DNA from: Selaginella moellendorffii
Taxonomy: Eukaryota > Plantae > Lycopodiophyta
Assembly (NCBI RefSeq): GCF_000143415.4
Contig: NW_003314333.1
Location: 505,237-569,236 of the forward strand
Direction of reading: 5' to 3'
Length of the DNA stretch: 64,000 bases
Part shown: in pieces, positions 55,845 to 64,000 of the stretch
Position numbering within the stretch: the first letter of the stretch is position 1
Layout: each line of letters starts with the position of its first letter
Position numbers and translations under genes: made by a program
Notes under the pieces: generated by a model
Seen by the model: only the letters and a program-made list of their open reading frames with translations
What the model was told of the DNA's origin: nothing
Databases searched by the model: none

Positions 55845-58800
55845 TGTTAGGGCGTGGCCACCAAGAGTGAGAGAGAGAGAGGGAATATTTTGGTCCTCAA
55901 AATATTCCCCATCTTCCTTGTATAAAACCCTTGCCTCACAAGGGCAAAGGGGGGCATTTTGTGGAGAGCAGTGAAGCATTTCTTGTGTTTGAGCGAGCGT
56001 TAGGGGAAGCGCCCCTCCTTCCCTCAACAAATGGTGAACCCGGTGTGACATGTAGCACTTTTTGAAGCGTCATTTCTCTCTTTTTCTTTTGGCCGTAGAC
56101 TTTGGGAAGGAATTCCTTGTTCATCTTGTGGTCATTTTCTTTGATCTTGGGTGTGTTGGATAGGTCTGGAGCTCCTCTTTCTAGCAAGGTATGGCGCTCA
56201 TCAAGCCGTGCAGTATTTGAAGGGATACAACATTTCTTGGCTCGCTTGGATGAACATTTTGGGGGTTTTCACTTTTTCGCCTGGATCCTCGGCCGAATTT
56301 CTCAAGGTAGTGCATTTGGGCTTGTAAATCTGGCCTAGATCTATGAGTAGTGGTAATTCTTGGCACTAGATTTGGGCGAATTGACGGCATGCAAAAGGAT
56401 TTTCTTCTCTGGCTAGATTGGGTCATCTTTGTAGTAGGAATTCGTGCTCCTCCAGGCTTTGTTTTGGATGCCATTTGTTTCTAGAGGTGCTCCTAGTCCT
56501 ATGCTTTCCAAAAATATCAACGGCACCTTAGTATCGATCTACACCAGTGACATGCACATGTTTTTCCACAATGTTGGCGTTCCAGGCTACCTCTTCATGG
56601 ATTTCGGGGAATATTGAGGCGGCTTCTTCCCAAATTCTTATGATAGAAGGTAGATGGGGCTGAGCTCTTTCCAACGAGCCCACCAACAATCAAAATGGGG
56701 AAGGATCGAGTCCAGAGGACTCATTTTTCTCTTTTGGGCTAAACTTTGTTAGGAGTTCCTTGGGAGTGAAGCAATCTTCAAAGAACAGGTAACCGTAGGA
56801 ACAGGAACAGGAGGAGCAAGAACAAGAGTCAGCGTAGGAACAGGCGCTTCGACAAGAGTTGGTGTTGGAATGAGCGCAGGGGTAGGAGCGAGAGCAAGGG
56901 TTACCGGTTATAGGTTACAGGTTACAGGTTACAGGTCCCTAGTTATTGGTTACGGGTTACTGGTTACCGGTCACTCCAACGGGTACTCCAGCAAGTACTC
57001 CAACAGCTGCTCTAGTGGCTGCTCCAGCGGCTACTCCAGCAGCTACTCCGACGGTTACCCTACGGGTCAATGGTTACGCGTGTTTAAGGCCTACGTCTCC
57101 TTCCATTTCGACCCTTATTTCTCTTCGTCACAAGCATTTTGGGCAACTTTGAGCAGCTTGGGCACTAGCCTACAGTCATCTTGCTCCTACCAACCCAGTT
57201 GCCTTGACCGGGCATTTGCAGTGTTCAGGGTATTTGATGCTAGTACAAACTAGACGTACTACAAATTGGCACCCTTTTACCATACCTCAAGGCCCTAAGG
57301 TAGGGAGTAAACTTTCCAACATTCAAAGGCAGCTTAGATACGACACTGCCCCTTCTCTGGCCGAGTCTTCTTCATCCTCGGCAGATTCCAGTGACTTAAA
57401 TCTACGAGCTATGGCGCAGCCACCTTTAGCTCGACCCCAGTTCCATGTTTTGCAGAAGGAGAGTGATCTGCTGACCTTCTCGGGTGTTGGAACAGTAATT
57501 GATCACCAGCAGTTTGCTGAACCATTCGAGGATGGCGACCTCCTTCTACTCACGGAGTTCACGCCACCTTTGAAGTTCTCCCCTCGCTGGACCGGCCCCT
57601 ACTTTGTCCAGCGACACATTGGAGGTGGAGCATATGTGCTAGTTGATGCTGATGGACGTGAGCTCCCACACACTCACAATCACTCTCATCTCAAACGTTT
57701 CATCCGGTGAGGCGTTCCTCTTCTCTTCTTTTTCTTTTTCTTTTTCTTCCTTTCTTTCACTTTACTGTCATGGCTACTTTTCTTACTTTCAGAGGGTTTT
57801 TCTCCATTGGACCATGGCTCATGCCTCGGATTTCGCACTCAGGATGCATTGCCGTTTGTATGGAGGTTCCTCGCTTGGCCCGGTCTATGTTCCAGGTTCT
57901 TTGGCCCTTCCCTTACCATTACTACACCCCACACATTCCCCTCACTCATTCCATATCATCTACACTCACAGTTCCATCACCAATCACTTCCAGCAGTGTT
58001 GCTTGCACTTATCTCTAGATGCCCGTCTTGCATCTTTCATTCTTTCACTATCATTCACATCTCCGCTTGAAGTCACGTTTACACCATACCATGGACACAC
58101 ATACGTGCACTAGCAGCAAAAGACACCACCTCATTTGGACGTGCCATTTCTGAGATGTCCTTACGACCATTTGCCGACGACGCACTAGCTTTTTTGGAGC
58201 GACTTTCTTCCAACCAGGTGAACTTGTTCACTCAAGGCACCTAGGTGGATCTTTAGGCGAGGCCACAGAAGCCGAAGCCACTTTCTTCTGCTCCAGCACT
58301 CAGTGGACACATGCCACCTCCCTTTATTGGCAACCCAGTGACTATGCCATCTTTTTCAACTACTGACTTCTTCAGTCTGACACATCAGACTGGCCACCTT
58401 CTCAGAGTGCCACCACCATCTCGGCGCTCCACCATATCACTCCACCATATCGGTGCTGGAGCTGGCGCCGGGGTAGGAGCGAGAGCAGGGGTCACCAGTT
58501 ATAAGTTACAGGTCCCCAATTACTGGTTACTAGTTACTGGTTACTGGTTACTGGCTACTCCGAGTGGTCAGCGTTTACTCTACGGGCCAATGGTTATCAA
58601 TGGCTACCACTTCAAAGGGCCACCACCATCTCAGCACTCCACCATATTACTCCATCTTTCATCATTTCCACACTTACCACCCTTGGGCAATGCATCCCCT
58701 CTTTTACCTCTCTTTCTTTCTCAATTTTGGCCAATCTTTGGAGCATACTGGAAGTCATCAAGAGGTTGTATTTGCATATTACACTTTCCTAAGCCGAAAT

Positions 58801-59231
58801 CCAGGTACAGGTTAAGTTCTTTGGGTACTCACACTTTTTTTTCCTCTATTTTCCTCCTCTTTTCACACTTTTTCTTCAACTTTAGAGTCCAGTTTGACTA
58901 TAGGGTTTCCCACCGGGTTTTCCTCTTTGTCTCCAAACTTCTCACCTACCTTTTTTCTCTCTTTTCCACTTTGTTTTCTAGAGTTTCTATTTCACGCAGC
59001 TACCAGCACTTGGCATCAGTAGCAGAGGTACACTCCACACTCTTCGGAGGGTTCTCGCGTGTCTGGAACTAGTGCAATCCACCGTGGTCGCATGTTAGGG
59101 TGTGGCCACCAAGAGTGAGAGAGAGAGAGGGAATATTCTGGTCCTCAAAATATTCCCCATCTTCCTTGTATAAAACCCTTGCCTCACAAGGGCAAGGGGG
59201 GGGGGGGGGGGCGCCCCTCCTTCCCCCAACA
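55845..59231 (+). mobile_element. Non-autonomous short-LTR gypsy derivative with tRNA-Trp-like PBS
   Basis: LTRs 55845-56029 and 59093-59231 (TGTT..AACA); 4-bp TSD CTTT; PBS TGGTGAACCCG (56032-56042); integrase GPY/F remnant KFSPRWTGPYFV..GAYVL..HLKRF (57570-57710). Confidence 0.88.
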
Positions 59232-59405
59232 CTTTGGTAGAGAATTATTCATAACATCTACTAGCCCTCCGAGGGAAGTTCAAAGGTAACTTTGTTAAAA
59301 TCCTTATTGACATGAGTGTTTCAGATAATTTTGTGGTTGCAAACATAATCTGGCAAGTCAAATTAATGATGCAATGGTTGGGTGAACCAAAGACTATAAA
59401 GTTTA

Positions 59406-61020
59406 TATAAACGACTAAATTTTCCATTCTACTTTAGTCATTTAACCATATTTTTTATCGAGTCTCGCTCACCACCTCCATAAGTTCTATTCTTGACTTG
59501 GGACATGCTAGCCCCATGAATGGCATCTATACCACTTAACCTTTGTATTTGGTCTAAGTGCTCCATGTGTCCGATCCCATGACTGACACCCTAAAGATAC
59601 TACTGACATATCATCCTATTATGTTAAAGCCATGTCCATTTACCCTTGTCTCATTAGTACCCATGCCATAGTCCCATCTTTCAAAAACTAGGACATCTGT
59701 CCATAAGTGGTCATCCTAGAACCACTCCTTAACATTCCCCAACATCCCTTTTTTGGTCCAAACTAAATCCCTTTTAGTCCTCAATTGTATCAGCCAACAT
59801 TGTCACTAGGTCAAGGGCCCAACCCCTACGTCCTATTGACCTCTGGGACTTCCTACCACATGATCACATCCTTGGTCACTACATAAGAGGATTGTTTCTC
59901 TTCCTTTCCATAGTCTGGGACTTTGGGATAACATTTCAAAACACTGTGGCCCTACACAAGCTTTGTGGGTACTCTCCCCACCTTTTGACTTTAGGTGCTC
60001 TAGCCATGTGGCTAGAGCGAGGTTCTGATGAGCCATGCCAAATATCCAAGTTGATAGTGCAATTCACACTTATATTGGGAGCATTAACCATTTGATCTCC
60101 TTGGGAAGCTAGAGTTGGCTCTTGAACACTTCACCAAGCTGCTCTGCTTGTCTGTCCATATTCACTCTAACTTTGGACTCCTCAGTGATTATATCATCAC
60201 CCAACAAGTGGGTATAACCTTTCTTGGTTACACTAGCCTTTTCTGGCCAAACTGGCCCCATTTGAGTCCTCTCTCTACTATATTTTTTAGCTCACCAAAC
60301 CCCCCATGGTCTGGGAGATGATCACTTTAGGTTTTCACCTTTAGACTCAGATTCAGACTCAAACTCAAACTCGGACTCGGTTTTAGTTTCAATCTTAGTT
60401 TAGGGTCCATTGGCTCCATTAGAGTCCTCCCCCTACTATACTTTTGGAGCTCACCAAACCCCCCAAGATCTGGGAGATGATCACTTTGGGTTTTTACCCT
60501 CAAACTCAAACTCAAACTCAGACTCAAACTCAGACTCGAACTCAGACTCGAACTCGAATTCAGACTCGGACTCGGATTTAGACTCGGACTCGAACTTGAA
60601 CTCAGACTCGGACTTGGACTCGGTCTTGGACTCGGTCTCGGACTTGGTCTTGAACTTGGACTCGGTCTTGGACTCAGTCTTAGACTTGGTCTTGGACTCA
60701 GTCTTAGTCTCAGTCTTAGTCGCGGTCTTGGTTTTGGTCTTAGTCTTGGTCTCGGTTTGTTTCTCGGCCTTGACCTTAGAGTCCATCTCAAGTCCATCTT
60801 GGACTCAACCTTAGACTCCATCTTGAGTCCATCTCAAACTCTATTTTAGGTCCATGTTAGACTCCATCTTGGGTCCATTATGGACTCTACCTTGGGTCCA
60901 TCTTGGACTCCATTTCGGGTCCATTTTGGACTCCATCTTAGGTCCATCTCGAACTCTATCTTGGGTCTATCTTGGGTCCTTCTTGGATCCATATCATACT
61001 CCATCTTGGACTCCTTCTTG
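59406..61020 (-). mobile_element. Decayed LTR related to 46963-48604
   Basis: TATAAACGACTAAATTTTCCATTCTACTTTAGTCA matches the reverse complement of the 48604 end; internal tandem duplication of about 155 bp (60260-60540); degenerate 6/12-mer arrays. Right boundary approximate. Confidence 0.8.
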
Positions 61021-64000
61021 ACTTCGACAAGCAAGAGTCAAAGTAGGGATATAGAAAGTAAACATGGATTTCACCATGTTGGACATGGCAAGATTTGACA
61101 CAATCTTTGGGATAAATTGATTCAATCAATTTGTGATAGCCCTGCATGAACAAGGTAAAAATGTGATGGTACTAGCCAATACCTGAGGAGAACAATCCAA
61201 GGTAGAGGCCTAAGATCTAAAGGTAGGGCAATGTAAGGCCAAAAACTCCTACTTGAACTTGCTGTCCATGAGAGGACAACTCACTAAAGGAATTAATGTA
61301 GCATTTTTGTGCTTACTCTTAGTAAGGAGTGATAAAAAGATGGGAATACAAAAAGTACCTTTAGTGATTTAGCAGGTATTAAATCAATTCAAGATACCAT
61401 GCAAAAGGAAGTATTGGTTAGGTTACCCCTTGCGCAACTAATAAAACATAAGATTGAGTTGATTGAGGGTGCTAAGGCAGTGGTTCATCCCCTTATTGGT
61501 TGAATTAAAAGGAACTCGAGGAACTCAAGTACTAATTTGAGGAGTTGGTGGATAAAAGGTATATTAAGTTGAGCAAGTCATTGTATGTATCTATGCATAT
61601 GTTCATAGACTATCAATTACTCAACAAGTATACAAAGAAGAACAAGTACCCTTTACTAAGGATTGAAGATCTGTTCAATAGGTTGGGAAAGGTGAATTAT
61701 TTCTCAAAGATTGATGTAACGTCAGGATACTACTAGATTAGAGTAGTAGAGGAAGATGTCATAAAGATAATCTATTAGACAAAGTATAGAAGCTTTGAGT
61801 TTCTGGTGATGCCCTTTGGGCTGTGTAATGCACCGGTAACATTTTCGGTACTGATGAACCACATTTTTATACCCTATCTAGATCAATTTGTGGTTGTTTA
61901 TATTAACGACATCTTAATCTATAGTGAGATGCTAGAGGAGCATGCCAAACACTTGATGAAAGTGTTTAAGAAACTAAGGGAATGCAAATTGTATGCTAAA
62001 GAGAGCAAATATGACTTTGCTCAACAAGAGGTAAAATTTCTCAGGCATGTGGTGGGCATGGGATACTCATCAAAGAGGTGAGTTACCTATGGAAGAAAAA
62101 ACAAGTTATGTAAAACACAATAAATTTATCTATTATAAGCAAACAAGGGTGTATATTCCATATAGGGAACTAAAGGAGGTAGCTTTAGAAGAGTGTTATG
62201 ATAAATGTCATCATGATGTAAAACTATCTAACGTAGATAGTTTTAAGTAGATAGATATCTAACGTAAATAGTTTTATCTATATGATACGTTTATCTTTAG
62301 AAGAGTGTCATGACGTTTATCTATCGTTTATGATAAACGTCATCATGACTTTACATAGTTAGATCTTCACCAGTAGTTGGTTCTAGGGAACTCTTCTGAA
62401 GCAGTATTACACTAAGTTGAAATTCAACACTATTTATCATCCACAAATAGGTAATGAGTATTGAGTCAAGTTTGATGGCAATGACAATTTTTAATAGATG
62501 GACAAACAAAAAGGGTGAATAGGCAACTGAAGGATTATTTGCGATGTTATGTCTTTGGATACCAAACTAATTAGGTAAGTCATTTGGGACTTGTGAAAAT
62601 GTGCTATAACAACTCACCACATTCAAGTATTAGGGTGAGTCCATGGGAAGTTATCAATGGGTAAGCTATTGAAGGTCTTATAGAACTTGGTGTGGCCGAG
62701 TATCATAGCAAGTTACCCGTAGTGGAGGCTTTTATGGCAGAAAGACTTAACATTTGGAATCTAGTAAGGGATTCCTTAAAATGGGCTCAACAAAAGCAAA
62801 CCAAATACGCGAATATGAAGCACTAGGATATAGAATTCTAACTTGGGGAGAAGGTGTGGCTGAACACCAAATACGTAAGGTTACCAAGTGGGATGAACCA
62901 AAAGTTGACACAAAAGTAAAATACATGTCTTCCTAGAAATGAATTGATATTGAGTTTCTTAAGCAAGTTCATGGAACTTTATGAGATTGAGGCTTGAATT
63001 GGTAAAATGGCTTACCGCTTCCAACTTTTTTGGGAGATGGGGAAGATGCACCCTATGTTCCACATGAACTTACTCAAGCCATACTTTGAGGACCCACTTT
63101 GCAAAGACCAAATAAGATTTTTACCTGAAGTTATCAAAGGGGAGGAAGAATACAAGGTCAAGGCCATCTTTGATGCGTGCAAAAGCAAGTGACAAAGACG
63201 TGAGGTGAAGGTATGATACCTAGTTGCCAATACAAAACACCTTACGATTTCCTCCCACTTTCCCGTCAAACTAGATATGGACTGATGTGTGGCTCTTTTA
63301 GGATTTCTAGCTACCCGAGATGACGGAGTACACAAACACTCATGATTTTGTGGATCCTGTCTTAGCTGTGTTGTACTTCCTACTGCTCCTAGCTGCAAAG
63401 AAACTGGATCGTTTGTGAGAGATCTTTGCATACAAGAAAAAGATTGTAGACAAGCTTCTTACGGTGCCAAAACAAAAGGCATTTGGCGAGAATAAGTGAT
63501 ACCTCTACCTCTTCTAGCAAGTTGAAACCAAAGACTGGTAGTGCCTTGTCTGGACACTCCTTACCGATTGGGTGAGTGATAACCAAGCTTTGCTACAACA
63601 TTGGATGGCAGATATGGAAAAAGAACTTATGAACTTCTCTTCTATTGAACCAAGGATCACATAAAAAATGCTCCAATGGTCCTAAGAGTACAATTGAGTC
63701 ACAAGATACAAGGGCTCGTATGGAAAGGGTATTGATCTAGAGAACCATAGATCGACCTAAGTGATGGATTCAAGTTTTTGAGACAAAATGCACCATCGCT
63801 CATGATTGGACTCATCCCATTGTAGCTGGATACTTTGGAAGGAGCAAACATGGACTTGATTGATAATGGTTGTATCATGTTTGACCTATTGGAGAATTTG
63901 AGTGGATGGAAGTTCCCTTTCGCCACCACACGAGTTCTTGACACAGCCTTACACCACCTTCTAAAACCATATAAGTTGTGGACACTTACAAATCCTTTAG

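Larger units (their letters stand above)
53340..63220 (+). mobile_element. Decayed Ty3/gypsy chromovirus-type retrotransposon with nested insertions
   Basis: LTR end CTTACA (54586) plus PBS TGGTATC; gag remnants (KPKPPPIF..EDWFYNMEDYF; CFNCGEVEHF knuckle at about 55695); protease remnant (ILIDMSVSDNF, about 59300); RT ([32 protein letters not shown]; 61640-62060); integrase and chromodomain start (HPMFHMNLLKPY..EEEYKVKAI). Outer boundaries approximate. Confidence 0.85.

Noticed and set aside
63225-64000. Coding-like remnant at the window end
   Set aside because: Multiple stops in the frames examined and no motif I could assign.

Overview
Plant nuclear DNA, most likely a lycophyte such as Selaginella (inferred from very short introns, tiny intergenic spacers and many AYAQNGH-type PLS PPR genes). 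About 3.4-39.1 kb is a very compact gene island: a GRWD1/RRB1-like WD40 gene, beta-carotene hydroxylase, a tonoplast dicarboxylate transporter, seven PPR genes, a P-loop ATPase, TRAPPC4, a kinesin with kinesin-3-like motifs, Exo70, KAS III, small proteins and an AT-rich chimeric GNA-type lectin. About 39.4-64 kb is a nest of LTR retroelements, several delimited exactly by target-site duplications (TSDs). The standout is a 5.18-kb nested insertion (43425-48604, TSD GAATC). It joins a young Cassandra-like TRIM with identical 5S rRNA-containing LTRs to about 2.9 kb of non-coding sequence built almost entirely of back-to-back stem-loops, including a tRNA-like hairpin cluster with two Pol III B-boxes and a covarying duplicated module, and ends in a 1.6-kb LTR of another family in the opposite orientation. 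All calls were made by eye with no database searches.
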